Shown here: positions 17,352 to 27,184 of the stretch, piece by piece | Layout of the letters: each line of letters begins with the position of its first letter | How positions within the stretch are numbered: the stretch's first letter is position 1 | Origin: Gemmatimonadaceae bacterium | GTDB taxonomy: Bacteria > Gemmatimonadota > Gemmatimonadetes > Gemmatimonadales > Gemmatimonadaceae | DNA length: 64,000 bases | Direction: 5' to 3' | NCBI GenBank assembly: GCA_031372205.1 | Contig: JANMKU010000431.1 | Location: 4,185 to 68,184, forward strand | The notes under the pieces: model-generated | Seen by the model: the letters and a program-made list of their open reading frames with translations, nothing else | Databases searched by the model: none | Told to the model about the DNA's origin: nothing | Position numbers and translations under genes: made by a program

Positions 17352-19484
17352 TTAGCCGACCGCGTTCGCCGCACGCGAACGCGCGACGTCGCGCACTTCA
17401 CTCGCCGCGGCAACAGCAATATCGACGTCGCGCGCCAGCGCCATGGCCTGTTCGGCCACGAGCGTCACGCTCTGCACCGAACTGCTGCCGGTGCGCAAGC
17501 GCACCAGATCGAGGCGCACGTTCTCCAGTGCAATGCGGCAACTCTCCAGTTGGCCACGACGCGTTTCACGACGACGCGCATACTCGGCGATGGCGCGCCG
17601 GTCGCGACGCAATTGCGCAAGACGACGCACACGCGTCTCACTCCGCTGGACGTCGAGCGGATTGGCCTCGGACTCGAGCGACGCTATTTCCGCGTCGACC
17701 GCGTCAGCGCGAACGCTGCCTTGCTCCCGATCGGAACGCGCCAAATCGAGCGCAATAATCTCGATCTTTTTGACCAACTCCACGGAGGTACTGGCCACCT
17801 CCGGGATGCGTGTGCGCTCGGCCGTCGGAATGGTGGCCAACAACCGTCCAATCTCTTCACGGTCGGCGCGCGCTGAGCGAACGGTACCGAGATACTCTCC
17901 AAGTTCATCGTCACGCACCGGCAACGGCGCGATCGCCATCGGCGCATCGCGACCGGCCTTTGCCGCGCGCACTTTGCCGCTGTGTCCGTGCGACATGGGA
18001 AACGACGGCGTGAGCACGCCACTGAGGCGGCTGCGCAGTCGACCTTGTGCACGCAGCTCTTCGCGCTTGCGGCGACTGAACGTCGCGGCGACGCTGTCCA
18101 TTAAGTCAGACAACACCTCACCAAACATGCGATGCCGTGGCTGGCGCAGCACGTCTTTCCAGTCATATCCCTCGGACCACAACTTGGCATACTTCCACGC
18201 GACGTAGATGGTCCATAACGTGCTGATGCTGAAGAACTCCTTGCCACCGAAAATGCTCACCACCAGCAGGGCGCCGTTGACGAACAAATACGGTGCAAGG
18301 ATCTTGCGGAACTTGAGTACCGGTGGAGCCTCCCACCGCACGATGTCCGCGGTGGTTGGCGTGTGATCACCCGTGTTGTTCGGATACTCGGTCGCGTACT
18401 GCGGCGGAAATGAAGCGCCGGGCGCCTGCATCGTGTTGGCTTGATACGACGGCGCCTGGTACGACGGCGGGGAGTACAGCGAGGCACTGTTGCGGTCGCG
18501 GTCACCGGCATTTTGCGGCAACGCGCCGAGTGTCATGCCACCCATGGGCGCGCCATTGAACGCCGGTGCGTTCCCAGCCGTATTGACCATCACAGGCGCG
18601 GGCGGCACGATACCCGTTTTCAACGCGAGCACGAGTTCGCCGGCCGTCTGAAAGCGGCGCTCCGGTGCCTTTTCGAGCAAGCGCATGACGATCATGGCGA
18701 GATCTGACGGCACGTCCGGGCGCCGCTGTCCGACGGGAACCGGCATTTCTGCCAAGTGTTTGACCAACAGCGCGGGCGTTGTGTTGCCAACAAAGGGTGG
18801 CTCACCGACCAACATCTGGTACGCGACGACGCCAAGCGAGTACAGGTCGCTCCGGCCGTCGAGGTCGCGGTCTCCAGACGCTTGCTCGGGTGACATGTAC
18901 GCCGGCGTGCCGATCGCCATGCCTGTGGCAGTGAGTCGCGAGGTTTCGCCGCTATCGATCATCGCGCGCGCGATACCGAAATCGGTCACCAGTGCGCGAC
19001 CGTCAATGCCGTCGAGCAGAATGTTGTCGGGCTTGATGTCACGATGCACGACGCCGCGCGCGTGCGCATACGACATCGCGTCGGCGACTTCCATCGTCCA
19101 GCGACGCACATTCTCGATCGGCAACGGGCCGCGCTTCTTGAGCAGCTTCGCCAAGTTGTCGCCGTCGATGCACGCCATGACAAAGAACACCAGATTCCCG
19201 ACCTCGTCGACCGAATAGATGGGGACGATGTTCGGATGGCTGAGCTGTGCGGCGGTTTCGGCCTCACGGAGGAACCGTGAGCGAATGTCACGACGAAACG
19301 ACAGCTCGGGTGGCAGCAACTTGATCGCGACGTGTCGCTTCAGGCGCTTGTCGCGCGCCCGATAGACAATGCCCATTCCACCACGACCAATCTCCTGCTC
19401 CACCTCGTAGGTGGCGCTGAGCGCTTCCCGCACGTGCGCTTGAAGTTCGGCGTCCTCAGCGGACGGAATTGCGGAATCGGGCAC
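17352..19484 (-). CDS. membrane Ser/Thr protein kinase with C-terminal coiled-coil domain (paralogue 1)
   Basis: 'GRGGMGIVYRA', 'HRDIKPDNILLD', 'VTDFGIAR' and 'GTPAYMSPEQ'. The architecture matches the downstream kinase, and the intergenic gap is 15 nt. Confidence 0.9.
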   Translation of the reverse strand: MPDSAIPSAEDAELQAHVREALSATYEVEQEIGRGGMGIVYRARDKRLKRHVAIKLLPPELSFRRDIRSRFLREAETAAQLSHPNIVPIYSVDEVGNLVFFVMACIDGDNLAKLLKKRGPLPIENVRRWTMEVADAMSYAHARGVVHRDIKPDNILLDGIDGRALVTDFGIARAMIDSGETSRLTATGMAIGTPAYMSPEQASGDRDLDGRSDLYSLGVVAYQMLVGEPPFVGNTTPALLVKHLAEMPVPVGQRRPDVPSDLAMIVMRLLEKAPERRFQTAGELVLALKTGIVPPAPVMVNTAGNAPAFNGAPMGGMTLGALPQNAGDRDRNSASLYSPPSYQAPSYQANTMQAPGASFPPQYATEYPNNTGDHTPTTADIVRWEAPPVLKFRKILAPYLFVNGALLVVSIFGGKEFFSISTLWTIYVAWKYAKLWSEGYDWKDVLRQPRHRMFGEVLSDLMDSVAATFSRRKREELRAQGRLRSRLSGVLTPSFPMSHGHSGKVRAAKAGRDAPMAIAPLPVRDDELGEYLGTVRSARADREEIGRLLATIPTAERTRIPEVASTSVELVKKIEIIALDLARSDREQGSVRADAVDAEIASLESEANPLDVQRSETRVRRLAQLRRDRRAIAEYARRRETRRGQLESCRIALENVRLDLVRLRTGSSSVQSVTLVAEQAMALARDVDIAVAAASEVRDVARSRAANAVG

Positions 19485-19723
19485 TCGCGTGGGAATTGAG
19501 GGGTCGAACCTGTGCTGTTAGTGTAGCACCGGGACTGTAGCGACGACAGCAATGCGATAAAACCGTGTTAAGGTTCCCGGCCGCCACGGCATAGGTCTGG
19601 CAGCCACTACGTCAGTCGGTCAGGAAAAAGTTGCAATTCCTGCCGCGATGGCGGAGATAGGTTGGTGTGAATCATGCGACATCATCGCTTCGAATCCATT
19701 TTCTCTTTTTCCGGATCGTTCGC

Positions 19724-22285
19724 ATGGGCCAGCGCCAGACACTTCCCGTCCTCCCGCTTCGCGGGACCGTCATCTTCCCCGGTATTACCGCGCCGATCGC
19801 CGCCGGTCGCCCGGGCACGCTCCGCGCGATCGAGACCGCGCTCAAAGGCGATCGCCTTGTTTTTGCGGTCGCGCAACGTGACAACAGCGAAGAGCCGACG
19901 TCGGACATCCTGTTTACCACCGGTGTGATCGCCCGAATTGGCCAGATTCAACGCGGTCTGGGCGGGGTGCAGTTGCTGCTGCAGGGCGAGCAGCGCGCCA
20001 CGGCGTTGCAGTATGCCGAGGTCGACGGCTATCTCACGGCAATCATCATGCCTGCCGACGAGATGATGCCGCTGGATCTCAAGGACCCGGCGTTCGAGGC
20101 GCTGCATAAGGAAGCGCGCGAGCGGGCCGCCGAGCTCGGAGAAAAGCGTGGACTGCCAGAAGAAGTCGTGCACCAGGTGCTCGACTCCGTCGACGACGCC
20201 GGACGTTTTTCCGATCTCGTGGCCGGCTACATCGAGTTGACAGTGCCAGAGAAGCAAGGGTTGCTCGAGACGCTGTCGGTGGAAGATCGATTGCGCCGAG
20301 TGTTGGTGCATGTGCAGCGACAAATCGGCCTCATGGAGGCGCAAGAGGATATCAAGTCGCAGGTCCAAGAGGAGCTGGGCGAGCGACAGCGGGAGATGTT
20401 TTTGCGCGAGCAGCTCAAGGCGATTCAGAAGGAACTCGGCGACGACGATCAGTCGAAGGAAGTCGCGGAGTTGCGCGAGAAGCTGACCAACCTCGACTTG
20501 CCGAAGGAGGCGCGTGCTGAAGTGGCGCGCGAGATTGGCCGGCTCGAACGTGCCGGTCGCGAGTCCATGGAAGCGCAGGTCATCCGCACCTATCTCGAGT
20601 GGATCGCGGAGTTACCGTGGAACAATCGCTCAGACGATCACCTCGACTTGCCACGCGCCTCCGAAATTCTTGAGGAAGACCACTACGGGCTCAAGGACGT
20701 CAAGGATCGCGTGCTGGAATTCCTCGCGGTTCGTCAATTGCGCGCCATCCAGGTCGCGGCAGAAGTTCAGACAACTGGCGAGTTCCCGGTGTCCCGACTC
20801 AAAGCCGAAGACGTCGACGTCGCGGTCACTGCGGCGAACGCGTCGGAAAAGCGCACGATCACCGACCTGAAGGAAGCGAAGGCGCGGGTGATGGCGCGTG
20901 GCCCGATTTTGTTGTTCAACGGACCGCCGGGCGTGGGTAAGACCTCCATCGCCAAGTCGATCGCCCGCGCGCTCGGCCGCGAGTATGTACGCGTGGCGCT
21001 CGGTGGCGCGCGTGACGAGGCAGACATTCGTGGACATCGTCGCACGTATGTTGGCGCGATGCCGGGGCGGATCATTGCGGGCATGAAGCAAGCGGGCACG
21101 AAGAACCCCGTGTTCTTGCTTGACGAAGTCGACAAGCTCGGCACGTCGTTTCAGGGCGACCCGTCGAGCGCGTTGCTCGAGACCCTCGACCCAGCGCAGA
21201 ATGACTCGTTCACCGATCACTACCTCGGCGTGCCATTCGATTTGAGCGAAGTGCTGTTTATCGCGACGTCCAACTTTATTCAGAACATCCCGGCGCCGCT
21301 GCTCGATCGCATGGAAGTCGTCGATTTCAGCGGATACACGGAGAAAGAGAAGGCCGCCATCGCGACCAAGTATCTCATTCCGCGACAGCTCGAGGAATCG
21401 GGTCTCGCTGGCCGAGAGCTGTCGTTTACCGATGAAGCGGTGATGAACGTGATCAGCAAGTACACGCGCGAAAGCGGCGTTCGGCAGCTGGAGCGTCAAC
21501 TGGGTGCGGTCGCACGGAAAGTGGCTCGTCGCGTCGCAAGCGGCGATGCGGCCACGGTCGCGGACAAAATCATCAGCGCCGACGAAGTGCGTGAACTGCT
21601 CGGCCGCCCAAAGGTGCATCCGGAGCGCGCGGCGGAACACGACGAGGTGGGCATCTCCACCGGCATGTACTACACGCCGATGGGTGGTGACATCATGTTC
21701 GTCGAGGCATCGATCCGGCGTGGGCAGTCGCGTGCGCCGACGAGTGACGATAGTGAGACGACACGGGTGGGGCCGATTTCACTCATTCTCACCGGGCAAC
21801 TTGGCGATGTGATGAAGGAAAGCGCGCGCGCTGCGCTTACGTATGCGACAAACAACGCGCACCTGCTCGGCATTCCAGCGCATCGGGTGGCGACGGCGAC
21901 TGAAGCGCACATCCATGTGCCGGCTGGGGCCATTCCGAAGGACGGACCGAGTGCCGGCATTGCCATCGCAACGGCGCTCGTCAGCGAGATGTCCAACCGC
22001 AAAGTGCGGCGCGATGTGTCGATGACTGGCGAGATCACACTGCGCGGGCGCGTGTTGCCGATTGGCGGACTGAAGGAAAAAGTGTTGGGCGCGCATCGTG
22101 CCGGCGTCAAGCATGTGATCATTCCGAAGGCCAACGAAGGCGATCTTGAGGATGTGCCGCAGGAAGTGCGCGATCAACTCACGTTCTACCCTGTGGAGAT
22201 GCTCGCCGACGTGTTAGCGATCGCGTTGGTGGACGGCGGCCTCGCGCCGAGCGAAGTGGAAGACGAGGAACTAGTCGGCGTGTAA
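19724..22285 (+). CDS. lon: ATP-dependent Lon protease
   Basis: LON N-domain 'LPVLPLRGTVIFPG', Walker A 'GPPGVGKTS' and protease site 'PKDGPSAGIA'. The start is placed at ATG 19724 (MGQRQTLPVLPL). Confidence 0.95.
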   Translation: MGQRQTLPVLPLRGTVIFPGITAPIAAGRPGTLRAIETALKGDRLVFAVAQRDNSEEPTSDILFTTGVIARIGQIQRGLGGVQLLLQGEQRATALQYAEVDGYLTAIIMPADEMMPLDLKDPAFEALHKEARERAAELGEKRGLPEEVVHQVLDSVDDAGRFSDLVAGYIELTVPEKQGLLETLSVEDRLRRVLVHVQRQIGLMEAQEDIKSQVQEELGERQREMFLREQLKAIQKELGDDDQSKEVAELREKLTNLDLPKEARAEVAREIGRLERAGRESMEAQVIRTYLEWIAELPWNNRSDDHLDLPRASEILEEDHYGLKDVKDRVLEFLAVRQLRAIQVAAEVQTTGEFPVSRLKAEDVDVAVTAANASEKRTITDLKEAKARVMARGPILLFNGPPGVGKTSIAKSIARALGREYVRVALGGARDEADIRGHRRTYVGAMPGRIIAGMKQAGTKNPVFLLDEVDKLGTSFQGDPSSALLETLDPAQNDSFTDHYLGVPFDLSEVLFIATSNFIQNIPAPLLDRMEVVDFSGYTEKEKAAIATKYLIPRQLEESGLAGRELSFTDEAVMNVISKYTRESGVRQLERQLGAVARKVARRVASGDAATVADKIISADEVRELLGRPKVHPERAAEHDEVGISTGMYYTPMGGDIMFVEASIRRGQSRAPTSDDSETTRVGPISLILTGQLGDVMKESARAALTYATNNAHLLGIPAHRVATATEAHIHVPAGAIPKDGPSAGIAIATALVSEMSNRKVRRDVSMTGEITLRGRVLPIGGLKEKVLGAHRAGVKHVIIPKANEGDLEDVPQEVRDQLTFYPVEMLADVLAIALVDGGLAPSEVEDEELVGV

Positions 22286-22293
22286 CGCGATGC

Positions 22294-24423
22294 TTAGTGG
22301 CCGATGGCGCCAAAGCGGAAGAGGCTCCACGGCCACACGGGCGCACCGGGTTCTGACCCTTCGAGATACCATTCGGTGAAGCGTCGTTCGGTTGGTGTGG
22401 TCGCGTCGGATGGTTTGCCTGTCAGTCTGTCCAACTCCACACCAACCACGCCAGGTGGCGGCGTCCATGCGCCGCTTCCGCGTGCGCCGTACGCGGCGGC
22501 GATGATGTGACCGGCGATCGGCGCCGCCAATGTACCGCCCACTGCGCCGGGCGAGATCATCGCGGGTTTGTCAAACCCAATCCACACACCGGTCACTAAT
22601 TCTGGCGTCATCCCAACGAACCAGACGTCAGTATTGTCGTTCGTTGTACCAGTTTTCCCGGCCACGGGAATGCGCGGCGGCACAATCCGTCGCAGTGCGG
22701 TGGCCGTGCCGCGGTTGACGACGTCTTGCATCATATCGCGCATGATGAACGCGACGCGCGGGTCCATGGCAGCCCTGCCACCGGGTGGCGGCGGCGTAAA
22801 CAGCGCGCGACCGCTACGGTCGTCGATGTGCGCGATGAAGCGTGGCTCGACGGCGAGACCGCCGTTGTCAAACGCCGCATAGGCAGCCACAAAGTCGAGC
22901 GGTTGCACGACAGACGCGCCCAAGGCGCTTGACGGATAGGGCGCGATTGCCGAATTGAGCCCGGCGCGATGGGCCAACGCACTGACGGAATCCATGCCGA
23001 CGCTCATCGCCAACTGCACGGCCACGGGGTTCCGTGAGTGTGTCAACGCTTCTCGCAGGGTCATCTTGCCCTGAAATGCATTGTCGGCGTTCGATGGACT
23101 GTAGACTTGTCCGTTATCAAGGCGAATCTCGAGCGCCGTGTCGGCCACAATGCTGCTCGCTGTCACGCCGACTGTGAGCGCTTGCGCGTAGACGAACGCT
23201 TTGAAGGCCGACCCGGGCTGACGATAGCCATCAACAGCACGATTGAACGATGAGCGCGCGTAATCACGCCCACCGATGAGCGCGCGCACATCGCCGCTCG
23301 CGGGGTCCATTACGACCACCGTCCCGTCCAGGCACGCCTGAACCTTCGGTGCGCGTCGCTTGCTGGCCGCCGTATCGCTGACTGGTGACTTGGCGCAGGG
23401 CAAACCGCGAAAGCCGGGGCGTGTTTCGATTTCATCGATGCCGTTTGACAGCGCCCGCTGCGCCGATTGCTGCATCACTGGATCGATGGTCGTATACACT
23501 CGCACGCCGCCCTGCAGCACATCGACACCGGCGCGTGCGGCTTGTACGCGAACGATGTCCGAGATCCACGGCGACATGAGGTCACCGACGGCCACCGTGC
23601 GCACCGGTTCCTTCTGTGCAGCGGCGGCGGCCTCGGGCGTGATGTATCCCTGACCGGCCATGAGGGCGAGGACGGTGTTGCGTCGTTCGCGATTGCGCTC
23701 CGGATACCGTTGCGGATCGTATTGCACTGGACTCTTGGGCATCGCAGCAAGCGATGCCGCTTCCGCGAGTGTCAGCGCACTGGAGCTTTTGCCGAAGTAT
23801 TGTCGCGCCGCCATTTCAATGCCGTACGCACCGCGCCCAAACAAAATCTGATTCAGGAACGCCTCAAGAATCTGTTCCTTGTTGTAGTGCTTCTCCATCT
23901 CGCGCGCCGCTTGCTGCTCGCGCAGCTTGCGCATCGGCGACACATCTCGGCGATCGATAATGTCCGGATGCATGTTGCCCACGAGCAGCTGCGTAATGGT
24001 GCTCGCACCGCGCAAATTGCCCTTGGTCACCGCGTCCTTGAGCGCGCCGGCCACGCCCACCAGATCCACACCGTCGTGCTGGTAGAAGCGTTTGTCTTCC
24101 ACGGCGATAAATGCCTGCCCGACATACTTGGGCAGCGTGCGCACTGAGACACTGTGGCGGCGCTCCCGCCCGATCTCGCCGATCAGGGTGCCGTCTCGCC
24201 CCAGCACGAGCGTGATCTGCCCCGGCGTGATGATGCGCCACGCCTCACCAGTTGATGGGGCTTTCACTGCGCCCCTGGGTGCGGCGGGATTTTGCGCGGT
24301 TACGGAAGAGCTTGCTATAACCGAACATGCCAGCGCGACGAGGATGGGCGCGACGATTCTCGCGGCGTTTGGCGACAGGCCGGCCAAGTCTGGACGGACG
24401 CGATGAAATGAAAACGAGGTCAT
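22294..24423 (-). CDS. mrcA: bifunctional penicillin-binding protein 1A (transglycosylase/transpeptidase)
   Basis: GT51 motifs 'EDKRFYQHDGVD' and 'GASTITQQL-like'. Transpeptidase motifs 'GSAFKAF' (SxxK), 'HSRN' and 'KTGTTND'. The ATG at 24423 precedes a TM helix, and the longer ORF to 24813 overlaps nadE antisense. Confidence 0.92.
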   Translation of the reverse strand: MTSFSFHRVRPDLAGLSPNAARIVAPILVALACSVIASSSVTAQNPAAPRGAVKAPSTGEAWRIITPGQITLVLGRDGTLIGEIGRERRHSVSVRTLPKYVGQAFIAVEDKRFYQHDGVDLVGVAGALKDAVTKGNLRGASTITQLLVGNMHPDIIDRRDVSPMRKLREQQAAREMEKHYNKEQILEAFLNQILFGRGAYGIEMAARQYFGKSSSALTLAEAASLAAMPKSPVQYDPQRYPERNRERRNTVLALMAGQGYITPEAAAAAQKEPVRTVAVGDLMSPWISDIVRVQAARAGVDVLQGGVRVYTTIDPVMQQSAQRALSNGIDEIETRPGFRGLPCAKSPVSDTAASKRRAPKVQACLDGTVVVMDPASGDVRALIGGRDYARSSFNRAVDGYRQPGSAFKAFVYAQALTVGVTASSIVADTALEIRLDNGQVYSPSNADNAFQGKMTLREALTHSRNPVAVQLAMSVGMDSVSALAHRAGLNSAIAPYPSSALGASVVQPLDFVAAYAAFDNGGLAVEPRFIAHIDDRSGRALFTPPPPGGRAAMDPRVAFIMRDMMQDVVNRGTATALRRIVPPRIPVAGKTGTTNDNTDVWFVGMTPELVTGVWIGFDKPAMISPGAVGGTLAAPIAGHIIAAAYGARGSGAWTPPPGVVGVELDRLTGKPSDATTPTERRFTEWYLEGSEPGAPVWPWSLFRFGAIGH

Positions 24424-24483
24424 GTGTCCGCAAAATACACCACACTCGGTTGATCGACTGCGACGCGGGACACACCTTGCAGC

Positions 24484-26409
24484 ATGCTCAGTGAACCGAT
24501 CCGACCCCTGACCCTCGCCCTCTGCCAGTTTTCCCCGAAAAAAGGGGACCCGGCAGCGAACCTTCGCCGGTTGGGCGCGCTCTGCGCACAGGCCATCACG
24601 CTCAGCCCACGACCACAGGTCGTCCAATTCCCCGAAACGGCGCTGTCCGGCTATTTCGTGGAAGGTGGGGTGCGTGAGGTGGCGACGACCGCCGGCGCGC
24701 TCGCCAATGACCTCGATGATGCCTTTCGCACGGCCTGCGTCACGGCGGGGATTCCGTGCGTGCCGATCGACGTGGTCGTGGGGTTCTACGAGCGCTGGCG
24801 CGATACGCTGCACAACAGCGCGGCGTACATCACGGTCGGACTCGACGATGGGCCGCCCGTGCTACGTCACGTACATCGCAAGAACTTTCTCCCCACCTAC
24901 GGTTTGTTCGACGAGGAACGGTTCGTCGAACGGGGCAGCGAGATCCGCGCGTTTGAGACTCCGTGGGGGAAGGCCGCCATCCTCGTCTGTGAGGACGCCT
25001 GGCATTCGATCGCCGGCACGATTGCGGCGCTCGATGGCGCGCAACTGATCTTCGTCTGCGCGGCCGCACCGGCGCGCGGACTGTGGCCACGCGATGATGG
25101 CATTCCGGGGCCGTACAGCGCGGCCCGCTGGGAGCGGTTGATTCGCGATATCGCCGAAGAGCACGGCGTGTTCTCGACACTCACCAACCTCGTTGGCTCG
25201 GAAGGCGGGAAACGCTTCTTCGGCACGTCGCACTTGGTTGGGCCAGGCGGCGACGTACGCGGACGCGCTCCGGTGTGGGCCGAGAGTTTTTTGTCTGTGA
25301 CGATCGACCTGGATGATCTCGTGCGCGCGCGAGCCGACGCTCCGCTCTTGAGTGATTTGCGCGTCGCACTCCCCCACGTGCTCGAAACCATCGATCGGGT
25401 CCGCGATGGTGTCCCCGCGCCGCTCAAGTACGATGGGCCGGAGCCCGCAGCCGCCGACCTGTTGAGTGGCGCGCGCGGATTCTTCACCGGCGAATTTCCG
25501 GTCCCATCAGACGTGCGGCCACTCGCCGATCGGATTGTGCGCTCAGTGCCCGATGCGCTGCCGGTCATTCGGCACGAAGTCGGTGATCAGGGCGGACCAC
25601 CGCCGCTCGAGATCGACGCCGCGCTCACCGAATCGTGGCTTGTCGGATTCCTGCAGGAAGAGATGTCACGGCGTGGATTTCATCGGGCGGTCGTTGGCCT
25701 GTCCGGTGGCGTCGACTCCGCGGTGACTGCGTTCCTCGCGACACGCGCGCTGGGCCGAGACAATGTGATCGGTGTGCGACTGCCGTATCGCACATCGAGC
25801 AGCGACTCTCTCGATCACGCGCAACTCATCATCGACGCGCTCGGTATCGAGTCGCGCACGTTGGACATTTCGGCCGCCGTCGACGGATATCTCAGCCACG
25901 AACCCGACGCGGATGGCGGGCGACGTGGCAACGTCATGGCGCGGACGCGCATGATTGCACTCTTCGACCTCTCGGCGCGCTACGACGCGCTGCCACTTGG
26001 CACGGGGAACAAGACGGAGCGGCTGTTCGGCTACTTCACGTGGCATGCCGACGACTCACCGCCGCTCAATCCGATTGGCGACCTGTACAAAACACAGGTA
26101 TGGCAACTCGCGCGACATTTGAGCATACCGCCGGTGATCATCAACAAACCCGCCACCGCAGATTTGATCGTTGGTCAGACCGATGAAGTGGATCTCGGCA
26201 TCAGTTACGCGCGTGCGGACGAGATTCTCAATGGACTGCTGCACGGATTTTCGCAGGAGTCGCTGCGAGCGCGTGGGTTCTTGCTTGAAGAGCTCGCACT
26301 CGTCAAACGGCGTCTCGACAACACGCACTGGAAGCGACGTCCTGCATCCACCGCGCTTGTCAGTCACTCTGGTATTGGCGAGTCGTACTTGCGGCCGGTG
26401 GACTACTGA
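24484..26409 (+). CDS. nadE: glutamine-dependent NAD+ synthetase
   Basis: N-terminal CN-hydrolase domain ('ILVCEDAWH') plus PP-loop 'GLSGGVDSAV' in the NAD synthetase domain. Confidence 0.92.
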   Translation: MLSEPIRPLTLALCQFSPKKGDPAANLRRLGALCAQAITLSPRPQVVQFPETALSGYFVEGGVREVATTAGALANDLDDAFRTACVTAGIPCVPIDVVVGFYERWRDTLHNSAAYITVGLDDGPPVLRHVHRKNFLPTYGLFDEERFVERGSEIRAFETPWGKAAILVCEDAWHSIAGTIAALDGAQLIFVCAAAPARGLWPRDDGIPGPYSAARWERLIRDIAEEHGVFSTLTNLVGSEGGKRFFGTSHLVGPGGDVRGRAPVWAESFLSVTIDLDDLVRARADAPLLSDLRVALPHVLETIDRVRDGVPAPLKYDGPEPAAADLLSGARGFFTGEFPVPSDVRPLADRIVRSVPDALPVIRHEVGDQGGPPPLEIDAALTESWLVGFLQEEMSRRGFHRAVVGLSGGVDSAVTAFLATRALGRDNVIGVRLPYRTSSSDSLDHAQLIIDALGIESRTLDISAAVDGYLSHEPDADGGRRGNVMARTRMIALFDLSARYDALPLGTGNKTERLFGYFTWHADDSPPLNPIGDLYKTQVWQLARHLSIPPVIINKPATADLIVGQTDEVDLGISYARADEILNGLLHGFSQESLRARGFLLEELALVKRRLDNTHWKRRPASTALVSHSGIGESYLRPVDY

Positions 26410-27176
26410 TTGAACGGGTGATACAACGCGGCAGGGTTGCACGTTGCCAACTGCACGCACAGGGTAGTGATGCGCTCCGCTGCCTGCGCAACAAAGCGTT
26501 CACCCTTCGCCGCCGTGGCAGCGCGCGGATTACCGACGCCCGTGTCATCAGTGACCTGAGTCCAGCGTCGCGGTAGCCACGCCCATCCCTGTCGCACGCC
26601 ATCAAATACGCTCGCGCGCGCTGCCCCGTCTCCCCACGTGTCAGGGGGGCGCACGAGATGTGGCGCGACATGCAACATCGCCGCCGTCTCTAGTTCACCC
26701 GCGTGATCGCCGGGCTCGTCGAATACTGTCTGGTCACCCGCTTGCCACCAGTTGGCGATGGCGAGCACGATACGCGTTTCGGGCTGTAGTTCACGAACCA
26801 ATGCCCGCAGTTCATTGCCGCCATGCGCGTTTAACAACAGCAGCGCATGCACGCCATGCGGCTCAAGACTGCGCACTACGTCGCGCAGCAGCACTAGCTG
26901 CGTGCTCGGCATGACGCTGATCGTCACGGGGAGATCGAGCTGCGTGGTGTTCACACCGAACGGCATGGCCGGAAGGGTCAGCACACGCACACCGCGGTGC
27001 GCCGCATGCGCCGCCACACGGGCGGCGACCTCCCGACCGAGTATAGTGTCAGTGCCGTAGGGTAGATGCGTATTGTGCGGCTCCGTGGCACCCCAGGGCA
27101 TGATCGCCACTGGCCATGCTGCTTCGCGCACGTGCGGCCAGCACTGCTCTTCCAGTACGCCCGGTTGCGGATCCAC
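26403..27176 (-). CDS. creatininase-family amidohydrolase
   Basis: 'MPWGATEPHNTHLPYGTD' and 'LLLLNAHGGN' are creatininase-family metal-site motifs. Confidence 0.8.
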   Translation of the reverse strand: MDPQPGVLEEQCWPHVREAAWPVAIMPWGATEPHNTHLPYGTDTILGREVAARVAAHAAHRGVRVLTLPAMPFGVNTTQLDLPVTISVMPSTQLVLLRDVVRSLEPHGVHALLLLNAHGGNELRALVRELQPETRIVLAIANWWQAGDQTVFDEPGDHAGELETAAMLHVAPHLVRPPDTWGDGAARASVFDGVRQGWAWLPRRWTQVTDDTGVGNPRAATAAKGERFVAQAAERITTLCVQLATCNPAALYHPFNQ

Positions 27177-27184
27177 CGAAGTGA

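Noticed and set aside
16263-17876. 537-aa plus-strand ORF
   Set aside because: It is antisense to both Ser/Thr kinase genes and spans their intergenic gap. The composition is His/Arg-rich and no domain is recognisable.
19684-19700. 'GCTTCGAATCC' resembling a tRNA T-loop
   Set aside because: The flanking bases cannot form a T-stem, and no acceptor or anticodon arms can be drawn. It is not a tRNA.
19667-19723. 19-codon N-terminal extension of lon (MNHATSSLRIHFLFFRIVR)
   Set aside because: It is A/T-rich and unlike the Lon N-terminus. The conserved 'LPVLPLRG' motif follows the ATG at 19724.
19485-19723. heat-shock (sigma-32 type) promoter or CIRCE element upstream of lon
   Set aside because: I found no CTTGAA...CCCCAT or TTAGCACTC-n9-GAGTGCTAA match. 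A TTGCAA hexamer near 19631 has no convincing -10 partner, so I make no call.
24424-24813. 130-codon N-terminal extension of the PBP1A ORF
   Set aside because: The extension overlaps the nadE coding region antisense and has no PBP-like sequence. The ATG at 24423 directly precedes the expected membrane anchor.
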